A stretch of DNA of 64,000 nucleotides from Nemertoderma westbladi. Lineage: Eukaryota; Animalia; Xenacoelomorpha. Each line of letters begins with the position of its first letter. Positions within the stretch are counted from its first letter, which is position 1. The stretch lies in NCBI GenBank assembly GCA_032718475.1, contig JAUCBJ010007021.1:33536-97535 (forward strand), written 5' to 3'. The translations under genes were made by a program, and so were the position numbers. Below are positions 9,964 through 22,352 of this stretch, in pieces. Under the pieces are notes generated by a model, which worked only from the letters and a program-made list of their open reading frames with translations, did not search any database and was not told the DNA's origin.

Positions 9964-11583
9964 TAGCATGTGGAGTGGGCGTGTGACTATATCATTTTAT
10001 ATTTGTTTTTATTTTATATTTATGTATGTATTATTATGTAATTTTATTATAATCGTTTTCTTTAATTTTATTTAGTAGAATGTTATTTTAGAATATTTAG
10101 TAGATTAGTGCAATATATTAGTGTTTATTACGTATTTAATTACTTATAATATATTTAGTGCGACGGCAAGAAATAATTATTTTTCTCTTTCCTTACTGTC
10201 CGTATTATATTATAAATGCGAGACTATAGTAAGATGACATGTCAGTACTTCTTAAAGTACAATAAAGCCACTACTATATTTAAAGTATTATTGGTAGGCA
10301 GAGTATTAGGAATGCAAAGTTCAGATCCTCGTGTCTCGGCTAAACCAAGCTCTGGGTAGACCTTGGAAACGACTTGCCTCTTCACACTGACATTGCTTCG
10401 TGCGATATTGCTCTTCTACCTTATAACAAATAATACATATAGTAGCGTGATGTCCCTCTAACAGTAGCGTAAATCGCAAATAAATCTGTTAAACTTTTGA
10501 CCATCTGTAATTCTAGTCGATTAAGATATCGTGGCACCCACCGATATACTTGAAAGACAAATTCTAGAATCAGTGGTTAACGTCCCCAGACAAGTTCTGG
10601 AATAAGTCGGTGCCCATCCTAAATATTAATTTAATATTTATTAAAATCTGTAAAATTCAGATCCGTTAACAATTCTAGTCGATTAAGATATCGTAGCACT
10701 TACCGATACTCTTAAAAGACAAATTTCATAGAATTAAGGATCCTATGTCCCCAGACCTGCTCTGGAATCAAATTGTGTCAATTTTAACATCAAATAATAA
10801 AATTCACGGGAATAAATTTAAATTCATATTCGAATGAATTTCATAAATTGTAATTTTGTGCAATTTACAACATTCCCAAAATTCCAGTAATTAATAGATC
10901 ATGGGAGCGGAGATTCATATTGAGTGTACTAGAGTGCGAGAATCTCCAATATATAGTCAATAGCCGATAAAATTTATAAAATCAGGCATAAAGAGAAGAT
11001 TGACAATTAAAGAATTACTATTAAATAACATCCCAGATCTGTATACATGAGAATTGCCCTAATTCTACCGCTAGTTTTCCATAATGTCACCATGGCAACA
11101 CCCACGCTAGAATTAGAAGCAAGTTAAAGGAACAATAAAAGGCTTACCCCATTGCGTAGCATAAGAGTATACATAACGCACTATTAGTATCCAAGGATAC
11201 ATAGTAATAACGTGACATTCTGGAAGACACTGACTAACGGACAAATGGCATGCATGTGTGCAGTAAGTAATGATTGTATGGAATTTGTGCGTTTATAGGT
11301 GAATGTTACTACTAAAGTGTGTTTACAGTAGCTAATCGCAATTGTAAAGTAGCCCTAACTCTACCGAGATAACCTCAAGTGGATTCAAGCCTTTGGGACG
11401 GACAGTGGTGGGACTTGTGTCGATTGTCGTTGTCGTGCTGTTGCTACATGTTGGCGCAAACACCGCGACAACGGTACATCGGCGCTGAGAAACCCACTGT
11501 CCGGGGTCAAAGACTAGTAGGCAGCGACGCCCGCTTGCCTAAATATTGACTCATACTAATATTAATAAACTCAGATAGCAGAT

Positions 11584-13032
11584 ATGACGGAATTAATAGA
11601 AGATGACCTTGGTATTAGAGAGCGATATACTCTACCTTTACAAGCGTTTGTGGATAGCTTGATACGCGGTGAAGCCGATCCGACTATTACGGAGGACGAT
11701 GGTCGTTATATCGAACCGCCGATGTCCCAAGAGCAACTTACGCGTGAATTGGACTATCGAAAATTAACCGCTCGCTATACGCATCGTAATGGTACGTATA
11801 TGGACTTCTTAACTACCGGCCATCCTATCGATTTACATGATACTGATGATGTGGACGCCGAAGGGGAAATGGTTCTATTTAAATATCATACCCAGCGGCG
11901 TCGTAACGATAAACCGAGAATAGATCACGAAAATTCTATTCGTAACAGACTGGGAAGACGAACCAATATGTCTAGAATCTGAGGAGATTCAGCCTATCGC
12001 GCTCGGAACAGCGACAACGATTACATCCTAGAATGGTATCAAGGTCCACAGTGTCTCACTGCGTACGATTATCGCCATGCCAACTATGTTTCTCGACAAC
12101 GTTATCGGTTATGCGCATCGAGAGACCATGTTACGCCCATGGACACAAACGTCCGCTGTTCCTATTTCCACGAACAACCGGCGATGGAAATTTATTGCGC
12201 GTATTGCAGATTTAATAATTTGCACATTTTTGCGGTTTGCCCTCAATTTATGACTCAATGCCATCATTGTCAATTAAAAGGACACGCCAGCTTTGATTGT
12301 CCCTTTAATCATGATTTAGAGAGCGTAGATGAAATGATTGTACTACGTTATATCAGAGCTTGGGAAGCGAACGCTGATTTACATTGTGATTCACGCCATC
12401 GCTATTATCCTGGACGCGCTTACGAAGGAGTTTATGCGTTCCATCCTTATTTGTTTGCCTCCGTCGAGCAGAAATCGCGCCTATCAAGTTATGAACTATT
12501 GAAGCGCGTTGGAGAATGTATTTCAACCAAATATGTACGCAAATTTCTCAGGAGCATTAATCCGAGTGACATCAATTCGTACAACTTAATAAACTTTATC
12601 CGTCAAGATCCAGCCTATGGAGACTTATTTGTCAACTCACACCCCGAGTTACAGGAAGTATATCGACGGCCTTACGAGTACAGAGCCCGCGAACGCGAGT
12701 TGGAAAGAACCATTAAACCAAGGAAGTTTCTAACTGCCTATGGTCCACCCACGGCCCTCGTTCAGACCACTCGTAAAGGACCCGTAAGAGCGGCTGTCTT
12801 GAAACGAGCTCTCAAAGCCGTTAGACCCCTCTCCCCGGACGTTGATGTCAATCAACCCGGTACTTCGACCGGCGGATATACCGATCGCAATCCCATACCT
12901 TCTGATGCAATCATATTGCACCCTTCACCCAGGAGTTATAGCCCTCCTCGTAAAGTGGCTCGCCCCAAAGAGAAAAGGACTCTTGCTAGCTTTAAAAAAC
13001 TGCGTGAACGCCGTCCGCGCAAGAAAGACTAA
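11584..13032 (+). CDS. Accessory ORF of unknown function at the env position of copy 1 (one frame, interrupted by a single TGA at 11980-11982)
   Basis: ORFs 11584-11982 and 12139-13032 share a frame and the gap after the TGA is open. Two knuckle-like motifs (CAYCRFNNLHIFAVC, CHHCQLKGHASFDC) and a basic C-terminus. Homologous segments occur in copies 2 and 3. Confidence 0.7.
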
Positions 13033-13110
13033 CTGTTTAGAGTATTTTTATATTTTAGAAACTGTGATTTTGTATATTTTATAGACTTAAATCCCATTTT
13101 CTGGGAGCGG

Positions 13111-14301
13111 TGTAAAAGCTTTTGTGGGATAACTGATACGTTTGCCTTTGCTGGCCAGTTCCCCCCCAGTCGCTAGAATACTCTCAAAGGGATTTATAAC
13201 TAAAATAGTGCAAGCTACCAGCTTATTGGCTGATGTGCTATACGGAGATATCTGGGCTCAGTTTAATCGGCCAACTAGCTTAGAGAGGTTGCCTTAGCCT
13301 TGCTGCCCGTGTCGGCCAATAGAATTTGCGTGGGCGTTGATTTCGACCTATCCCAGCGCTACTGAACTGAATTTCCTATCACTATGCTCATCCTCTGTGT
13401 TGAACGGGGCTTCGTGGAATAAGGGTTTTTGGTATACTCGTATAGTGGTAGTAGTCATATGATTTTATATGATTCTGTTGTTATGTTCCCATTTTTCGCC
13501 ATAACACCGGCTTTTTGGGAAGAACTCTAGTAAAACTGCTTAAATTATCGAAAGTATAAACTGTTACCTAACCTACCGATCAATCTAATCAATCAACCTA
13601 CCTATTAATCATATTGTTTGTACTGTTATTTACCGTCAGTTATTAATTGTATCTATTTGTTGATGGAAATATTGCTCTTTGGAGAATACTGATAAATCAC
13701 CCAAATTTCCCAATTTTCTTGATACACTACAGGTTAGAGAGACAGGCTATATATAACAATTGCGATTTATATTAATGTGGTGTATTGAATCTAATGTTAT
13801 TTAGCAGACCCTACATGAGTCAATTACTGCTCTCTTTATGTGTGATCAAATATACTGACGGTCGGCAGAATAGTGTGCATGATTGTGATTGGTAACAAAG
13901 TATTTCCTAAAGAATACGCTTTATACTTTAATCATAAGCAGTATCGTTGCGTTTAGTATAAGTCCTAGTTCTGTTTAAATAGATAGAGCGCCACGTCCTA
14001 AAGGAACTGTTAATATTTCCCGAAAGCCAATAATATCTGTCAGGAATTAATTATTAACGATCTATCGAATAATACAGTAAGTTTACACTGCAACCTTACA
14101 CTGCGATAATAAAATTTAAGCATCCGAATTCAGCCTCCCGGGTGTAGATCCATCGGGTGAATGATCGCGCATGGGCTGACTTCGGCTAATGTTTTGTGTA
14201 TTAGCATAAAATATCGTCGTATGCTAAAGGTGTTTTAATTAACTAAAAAACATATAAATTTTGGCAGGTTAAACTGCTAAAGGTCTTCAAAAGCGCGAAC
14301 A
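13111..14301 (+). repeat. 3' LTR of copy 1
   Basis: Direct repeat of 1411-2601, preceded by CCATTTTCTGGGAGCGG at the PPT position (identical in all three copies). Confidence 0.97.
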
Positions 14302-17300
14302 ACTTAGCATATTTCACTATAACGTACCATATTTCACTATATATTACCATATTTCACTATAACTTACCATATTTCACTATAACGTACCATATTTCACTAT
14401 AACGTACCATATTTCACTATAACTTACCATATTTCACTATAACTTACCATATTTCACTATAACTTACCATATTTCACTATAACTTACCATATTTCACTAT
14501 AACGTACCATATTTCACTATATATTACCATATTTCACTATAACTTACCATATTTCACTATAACGTACCATATTTCACTGTAACGTACCATATTTCACTAT
14601 AACTTACCATATTTCACTATAACTTACCATATTTCACTATAACTTACCATATTTCACTATAACTTACCATATTTCACTATAACGTACCATATTTCACTAT
14701 ATATTACCATATTTCACTATAACTTACCATATCTCACTAAAACTTACCATATTTCACTATAACGTACCATATTTCACTATAACTTACTATATGTCACTAT
14801 AACTTACTTTATTTTACTATAACTTACCATATTTCACTATAACTTAGCATATTTCACTATAACGTACCATATTTCACTATATATTACCATATTTCACTAT
14901 AACTTACCATATTTCACTATAACGTACCATATTTCACTATAACGTACCATATTTCACTATAACTTACCATATTTCACTATAACTTACCATATTTCACTAT
15001 AACTTACCATATTTCACTATAACTTACCATATTTCACTATAACTTACCAAATTTCACTATAACGTACCATATTTCACTATAACTTCCCATATTTCAATAT
15101 AACTTACCATATTTCACTATATCTAACCATATTTCACATTTCTTACCATATCTCACTAAAACTTACCATATTTCACTATAACGTACCATATTTCACTATA
15201 TATTACCATATTCCACTATAACTTACCATATTTCACTATAACGTACCATATTTCACTATATATTACCATATTTCACTATAACTTACCATATCTCACTAAA
15301 ACTTACCATATTTCACTATAACGTACCATATTTCACTATATATTACCATATTTCACTATAACTTACCATATTTCACTATAACGTACTATATTTCACTATA
15401 ACTTACCATATTTCACTGTAACTTACCATGTTTCACTATAACGTACCATATTTCACTATAACTTACTATATGTCACTATAACTTACTATATTTCACTATA
15501 ACTTACCATATTTCACTATAACTTACTATAATTCACTATAACGTACCATATTTCACTATATATTACCATATTTCACTATAACTTACCATATTTCACTATA
15601 ACGTACCATATTTCACTATAACGTACCATATTTCACTATAACTTACCATATTTCACTATAACTTAGCATATTTCACTATAACGTACCATATTTCACTATA
15701 TATTACCATATTTCACTATAACTTACCATATTTCACTATAACGTACCATATTTCACTATAACGTACCATATTTCACTATAACTTACCATATTTCACTATA
15801 ACTTACCATATTTCACTATAACTTACCATATTTCACTATAACTTACCATATTTCACTATAACTTACCAAATTTCACTATAACGTACCATATTTCACTATA
15901 ACTTCCCATATTTCAATATAACTTACCATATTTCACTATATCTAACCATATTTCACATTTCTTACCATATCTCACTAAAACTTACCATATTTCACTATAA
16001 CGTACCATATTTCACTATATATTACCATATTCCACTATAACTTACCATATTTCACTATAACGTACCATATTTCACTATATATTACCATATTTCACTATAA
16101 CTTACCATATCTCACTAAAACTTACCATATTTCACTATAACGTACCATATTTCACTATATATTACCATATTTCACTATAACTTACCATATTTCACTATAA
16201 CGTACTATATTTCACTATAACTTACCATATTTCACTGTAACTTACCATGTTTCACTATAACGTACCATATTTCACTATAACTTACTATATGTCACTATAA
16301 CTTACTATATTTCACTATAACTTACCATATTTCACTATAACTTACCATAATTCACTATAACGTACCATATTTCACTATATATTACCATATTTCACTATAA
16401 CTTACCATATTTCACTATAACGTACCATATTTCACTATAACGTACCATATTTCACTATAACTTACCATATTTCACTATAACTTACCATATCTCACTAAAA
16501 CTTACCATATTTCACTATAACGTACCATATTTCACTATATATTACCATATTTCACTATAACTTACCATATCTCACTAAAACTTACCATATTTCACTATAA
16601 CGTACCATATTTCACTATATTACCATATTTCACTATAACTTACCATATTTCACTATAACGTACCATATTTCACAATAACGTACCATATTTCACTATAACT
16701 TACCATATTGCACTATAACTTACTATATTTCACTATAACTTACCATATTTCACTATAACTTACCATATTTCACTATAACTTACCATATTTCACTATAACG
16801 TACCATATTTCACTATAACTTACCATATTTCACTATAACTTACTATATTTCACTATAACTTACCATATTTCACTATAACTTACCATATTTCACTATAACT
16901 TACCATATTTCACTATAACTTACCATATTTCACTATAACTTACCATATTTCACTATAACTTACCATATTTCACTATAACTTACTATATTTCACTATACCT
17001 TACCATATTTCACTATAACTTACCATATTTCACTATAACGTACCATATTTCACTATAACTTACTATATGTCACTATAACTTACTATATTTCACTATAACT
17101 TACCATATTTCACTATAACTTACCATATTTCACTATAACGTACCATATTTCACTATATATTACCATATTTCACTATAACTTACCATATTTCACTATAACG
17201 TACCATATTTCACTATAACGTACCATATTTCACTATAACTTACCATATTTCACTATAACTTACTATATTTCACTATAACTTACCATATTTCACTATAACT

Positions 17301-17663
17301 TACCATATTTCACTATAACTTACCATATTTCACTATAACTTACCATATTTCACTATAACGTACCATATTTCACTATAACTTACTATATGTCACTATAACT
17401 TACTATATTTCACTATAACTTACCATATTTCACTATAACTTAGCATATTTCATTATAACGTACCATATTTCACTATATATTACCATATTTCACTATAACT
17501 TACCATATTTCACTATAACGTACCATATTTCACTATAACGTACCATATTTCACTATAACTTACCATATTTCACTATAACTTACCATATTTCACTATAACT
17601 TACCATATTTCACTATAACTTACCATATTTTACTATAACTTACCATATTTAACTATAACTTAC
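14302..17663. repeat. 20-bp satellite (CCATATTTCACTATAACTTA)n, ~165 units
   Basis: Tandem units with recurring variant blocks (higher-order duplication). The array ends at the splice donor of exon 17664-17783. Confidence 0.97.
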
Positions 17664-17783
17664 CAAATTTCACATTGTCCCGGAGCCTCTTCATCGCATT
17701 GCAATACATCACCTTCGTAGGGACATTCACATTCGCAATCTGAAGGAGGAATGTCGCAGTCCATAACTCCATCCTTACAGATG
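17664..17783 (-). CDS. Exon of mucin-like gene: cysteine-rich (VWC-like) segment ICKDGVMDCDIPPSDCECECPYEGDVLQCDEEAPGQCEI
   Basis: CAG acceptor and GTAAGT donor, 120 bp, phase 2-2, joins in frame to exon 17943-18171. Confidence 0.85.
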
Positions 17784-17942
17784 CTGTTAATCAAATAAAC
17801 AATTAATTCGGCATAGACAATATTAGTGAACGGAAAACCGAATATTAATGAACATAAAATTCACAGGAACAATTACTAAATGTCTGAGGTTTCATTACTA
17901 CCATCTATATTACTCATAGTAAATACACTAATATAAACTTAC

Positions 17943-18171
17943 CAGGTAACATTACCACATTCAAACTGCTCGGTGTAGGTCCATCCTGGGGGGTAAACTC
18001 CGGTATCTGTTGTGCAGTTGCACTCCGAGATGGGACCTTCGATAGTTTCACCATCCGGTGGACAGCAGCCAGGTTCACAGTCGTCCTCGTCTTCGCATTC
18101 AGGCGACTGGCCCTCGCAGGTATACTCACACTTATTGGCGCAATCGCATGGGGTCAATGGCGGCGCGCATG
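17943..18171 (-). CDS. Exon of mucin-like gene: TIL-like domain plus start of a VWC-like domain (CAPPLTPCDCANKCEYTCEGQSPECEDEDDCEPGCCPP...ECNCTT...YPPGWTY...CGNVT)
   Basis: CAG/GTAAGT sites, 229 bp, phase 1-2, cysteine spacing typical of TIL modules. Confidence 0.88.
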
Positions 18172-18239
18172 CTGATTGGATAAATATTGAAGATCAAGAG
18201 TAGACCTCATTGCACGGACTTAGACCTGCCTACTAGATT

Positions 18240-19823
18240 AACTTACTAGGACGAATAAGTTCAGGACGGTAACATACTAGACGTTCGTGTAACGTACTAG
18301 TCGGACATGTAACTTTAACTTACGAGGCGGTAAGTAACTTACTAGACGGACATCCAACTTACTAGACGGACATGTGACTTACTAGACGGACATGTAACTT
18401 ACTAGACGGACATGTAACTTACTTGATGGACATGTAACTTTAACCTACAAGGCGGTATGAAAATTACTAGACGGACATGTAACATACTAGACGGACATGT
18501 AAATTACTAGACTGACATGTAACATATTATAAGAACATGTAACTTACAAGATGGACGTGTACGTGTAACTTACTAGACGAACATGTAACTTACTAGATGG
18601 ACATGTAACTTACTAGATGGACATGTAACTTACTAGATGGACATGTAACTTACTAGATTGACATGTAACTTCTAGACGGACATGTAACTTCTAGACGGCA
18701 AGTAACGTACTAGATGGACATGTAACTTACTAGATGGACGTGTACGTGTAACTTACTAGACGAAAATATAACTTACTAGATGGACGTGTAACTTATTCGA
18801 CGGACATGTAACTTACTAGATGGACATGTAACTTACTAGAAGGACTTGTAACTTACTACATGGATATGTAACTTACTAGGCGGACATGTAACTTACTAGA
18901 TGGACGTCTAACTTACTAGACAGGCAAATAACTTACTAGATGGACGTGTAACTTACTAGATGGACATGTAACTTACTAGATTGACATGTAACTTCTAGAC
19001 GGACATGTAACTTCTAGACGGCAAGTAACGTACTAGATGGACATGTAACTTACTAGATGGACGTGTACGTGTAACTTACTAGACGAAAATATAACTTACT
19101 AGATGGACGTGTAACTTATTCGACGGACATGTAACTTACTAGATGGACATGTAACTTACTAGAAGGACTTGTAACTTACTACATGGATATGTAACTTACT
19201 AGGCGGACATGTAACTTACTAGATGGACGTCTAACTTACTAGACAGGCAAATAACTTACTAGATGGACGTGTAACCTATTAGACTGACATGTAACTTACT
19301 AGACGGACATGTAACTTACTAGATGGACGTGTAAGTGTAACTTACTAGACGAACATGTAACTTACTAGATGGACATCATGTAACTTACTAGATGAACATG
19401 TAACTTACTAGACGGACATGTAACTTACTAGACGGACATGTAACTTACTAGATGGACGTGTACGTGTAACTTACTAGACGAAAATATAACTTACTAGATG
19501 GACGTGTAACTTATTCGACGGACATGTAACTTACTAGATGGACATGTAACTTACTACATGGATATGTAACTTACTAGGCGGACATGTAACTTACTAGATG
19601 GACGTCTAACTTACTAGACATGCAAATAACTTACTAGATGGACGTGTATCCTATTAGACTGACATGTAACTTACTAGACGGACATGTAACTTACTAGATG
19701 GACGTGTAAGTGTAACTTACTAGACGAACATGTAACTTACTAGATGGACATCATGTAACTTACTAGATGGACATGTAACTTACTAGATGGACATGTAACT
19801 TACTAGACGGACATGTAACTTAC
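18240..19823. repeat. 20-bp satellite (GACATGTAACTTACTAGATG)n
   Basis: Tandem units fill the intron up to the donor of exon 19824-19970. Confidence 0.95.
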
Positions 19824-19970
19824 TTTCGCAGGTAGAGGCTGCACAAACTTGCATCTCGGATTCCGTATCGACTATTTCCCCATCCCGAATACATTCTCTC
19901 ATTCTGGTTATCTTTCCGGCAGTGGAGCATGTCGCATCGCACTCTGTCCATGGTGTCCAGTCCTCCCAAA
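19824..19970 (-). CDS. Exon of mucin-like gene: thrombospondin type-1 repeat (WEDWTPWTECDATCSTAGKITRMRECIRDG...QVCAASTCE)
   Basis: WxxWxxWxxCxxxC...RxRxC motif, CAG/GTAAGT sites, 147 bp, phase 1-1. Confidence 0.9.
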
Positions 19971-20049
19971 CTGAGAAAATTCAATTAAATTAATTTCGTT
20001 AACATCCCAATAAAATTACAAACACACAATTTCAAGAAATTAAAAATAA

Positions 20050-21040
20050 AACCATGAAAAGTGTAAATGTAAATGTATCCCGTTTGGTTTCCGTTGGAAT
20101 CCACCGGCATTTCGAATAGAAATTAATGATATTCAATTGCCTTGGGTTAAAGATGCTACTCATCTAGGAATACTTATCGATTATAAGTGCCGTTTAACTG
20201 GTGATATTTTGAGAAAAAGGGGACAATTTATTGGTAAACTAAATAATATTAAGCAAGAATTTGGATTTGCACATCCTAGTAATATTTTACAAATACAGAG
20301 ATTATATGCAATGTCGTTTTATGGTAGTAATACCTGGAATTTGTGGTCTGATGAGTGCCGTAGATTATTAACAAGTTGGAATATTAACGTTAGGATTACC
20401 TGTCGTCTACCATACAATTCTCATAGGTTCATAGTGCAGGAAATTCCGGGTTTTATGCACCCATGGGTGATTATTTGTAAAAATTTCGTAACTTTCAGCA
20501 ATACTTTATTACACTCAAATAGGACGTGCATACGGTTTTTAGCTAAACTGTTGTTATCGGATTGCAGGTCAATAAGTGGTAGAAATTTACGTAATATTGC
20601 AACAGAGTGTGGTACTTCAAACATATCTATTTTAACCTGCATTAATTAGTACGAAACTTAAGTATGTTTCTATTCCATCAGGTGAAGAATGGAAAGTAGA
20701 AGATACATGTAAAGATTTAATTGATGCCTTAATCAGTTTTTCGGTGATTCCGGGTTTCGAAGGTGAAGGTCAAAGTTTACTAAACTATATTTCATCGTGC
20801 TAGGAGTAAGTAAATAGTTATTTTTTCGTTAACTTTTGTTGTATGTATAAGTATTGTGCATATTGAATATAGTATATTCCCGTGCCATTTATACACCACA
20901 CTACATACGCTCTTTATAATATGTGCTACTAATAATTACCATACTACAGTGCTGTGCCAATAATTATTAATGTAGTGTTACTTTACTTAATTTGTACTTA
21001 TACGTTGTATAATGTACGTAATAAACAAATCAAATCAAAT
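20050..21040 (+). mobile_element. 5'-truncated non-LTR retrotransposon 3' fragment
   Basis: ORF 20137-20649 (LPWVKDATHLG...KRGQFIGKLNNIKQEFGF...SFYGSNTWNLW) resembles the LINE RT thumb/C-terminus. Ends with AATAAA plus a (CAAAT)n tail at ~21020-21040. Left boundary approximate. Confidence 0.75.
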
Positions 21041-21231
21041 AGGAATCACTACATCCTCCTATTCATAAGTTTCTGATTTGCAATCTATGATCTGTTTCGC
21101 TATTTGCAAACTGTTTTGATGCCCTTTGATGAACTAACAGGTTACATTTTTTTATTATCATTTGTTTTGTGTCTCACATATCAGAGACGGAGTTACGGTT
21201 ATTGTGAACCTATACTGAATGTGCGAGACGC

Positions 21232-21263
<32 letters not shown>

Positions 21264-21729
21264 CGCAAAACCCGCCTTGGCGAATTAATACCCCGCCTCA
21301 ATGTTAAATTCTCAATTTAGGAAAAGGAGCAGGTTACAGTGGCACGGTATTTTAACCAAAACAATAAACTGAACACAATCGAACAGCTTTCAGTTTTATT
21401 TTTGAGAGTAATCATCTGGTATTTGCGTCCAATTTCCCATGGAGAGGGATGAATTTTTATTGCGTCCAGTTTCCCCCCCGAATGTGCCTGTGCCGTACCC
21501 GGACTGCGCGACACCCTGAATGTTATAGATTGGGACTCCCATCACTTCACTATATAGGCCCCAGTGTATGTCAATCAACGAGTTTGATACAGTCAAAATA
21601 ATAATTTTCAGTCACCCAAAACAGGAAATTACAGTAATTTCAAATCAACAAATTACATTATAATTATCAAAAGGCAAGCAAACAGTCGGCCGAAGTCGGA
21701 GGCGACCCGAAGGCTCTTCTTTCGCTAGC

Positions 21730-22352
21730 TGCTACCCGAGGGTAGGGGTGGGCCGTGGGCGCTACTCCTATTTGCTACCCGAAGGTAGTGGTGTGCGTTA
21801 CTCCTATCTGCTACCCGAAGGTAGGGGTGGGCGCTAATCCTATCTGCTACCCTACGCTATGGGTGGGTGCTACTCCTATGTTGCTACCCTAGGGTAGGGG
21901 TGGGCGCTACTCATATCTGCTACCCGAAGGTAGGGGTGGGCGCTACTCCTACCTGCTACAGGAATATAGGGATGGGCGCTACTCATATCTGCTACCCGAA
22001 GGTAGGGGTGGGCGCTACTCCTATCTGCTACCCGAAGGTAGGGGTGGGCGCTACTCCTATCTGCTACCCGAAGGTAGGGATGGGCGCTACTCATATCTGC
22101 TACCCGAAGGTAGGGGTGGGCGCTACTCCTATCTGCTACCCGAGGGTAGGGGTGGGCGCTACTCCTATTTGCTACACGAATATAGGGGTGGGCGCTACTC
22201 CTATCTTCTACCCGAGGGTAGGAGTGGGCACTACTACTATCTGCTACCCGAGGGTAGGCGTGGGCGCTACTCCTATCTGCTACACAAATATAGGGGTGGG
22301 CGCTACTCCTATCTGCTACCCGAAGGTAGGGGTGGGGTTAGGGTTAGGGTTA
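21730..22352. repeat. 36-bp GC-rich minisatellite (GCTACTCCTATCTGCTACCCGAAGGTAGGGGTGGGC)n, ~16 copies, ending in TTAGGG-type repeats
   Basis: Tandem units are visible; the array is followed by GGGTTAGGGTTAGGGTTA at ~22335-22352. Confidence 0.9.

Larger units (their letters stand above)
1411..14301 (+). mobile_element. LTR retrotransposon copy 1, Bel/Pao superfamily, non-autonomous (gag-protease retained; RT, most of RNase H and integrase deleted)
   Basis: 1191-bp LTRs (TGT...ACA) at 1411-2601 and 13111-14301 with only about 3 differences seen by eye. 5-bp TSD ACTTA (1406-1410 / 14302-14306). Bel/Pao-type gag ORF inside. Confidence 0.95.

Noticed and set aside
11584-13032. env gene
   Set aside because: No signal peptide, transmembrane anchor or fusion-protein cysteine pattern is visible.
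14302-19823. CRISPR-like regular arrays
   Set aside because: Pure tandem repeats without unique spacers, in a eukaryotic intron context, with no cas genes.
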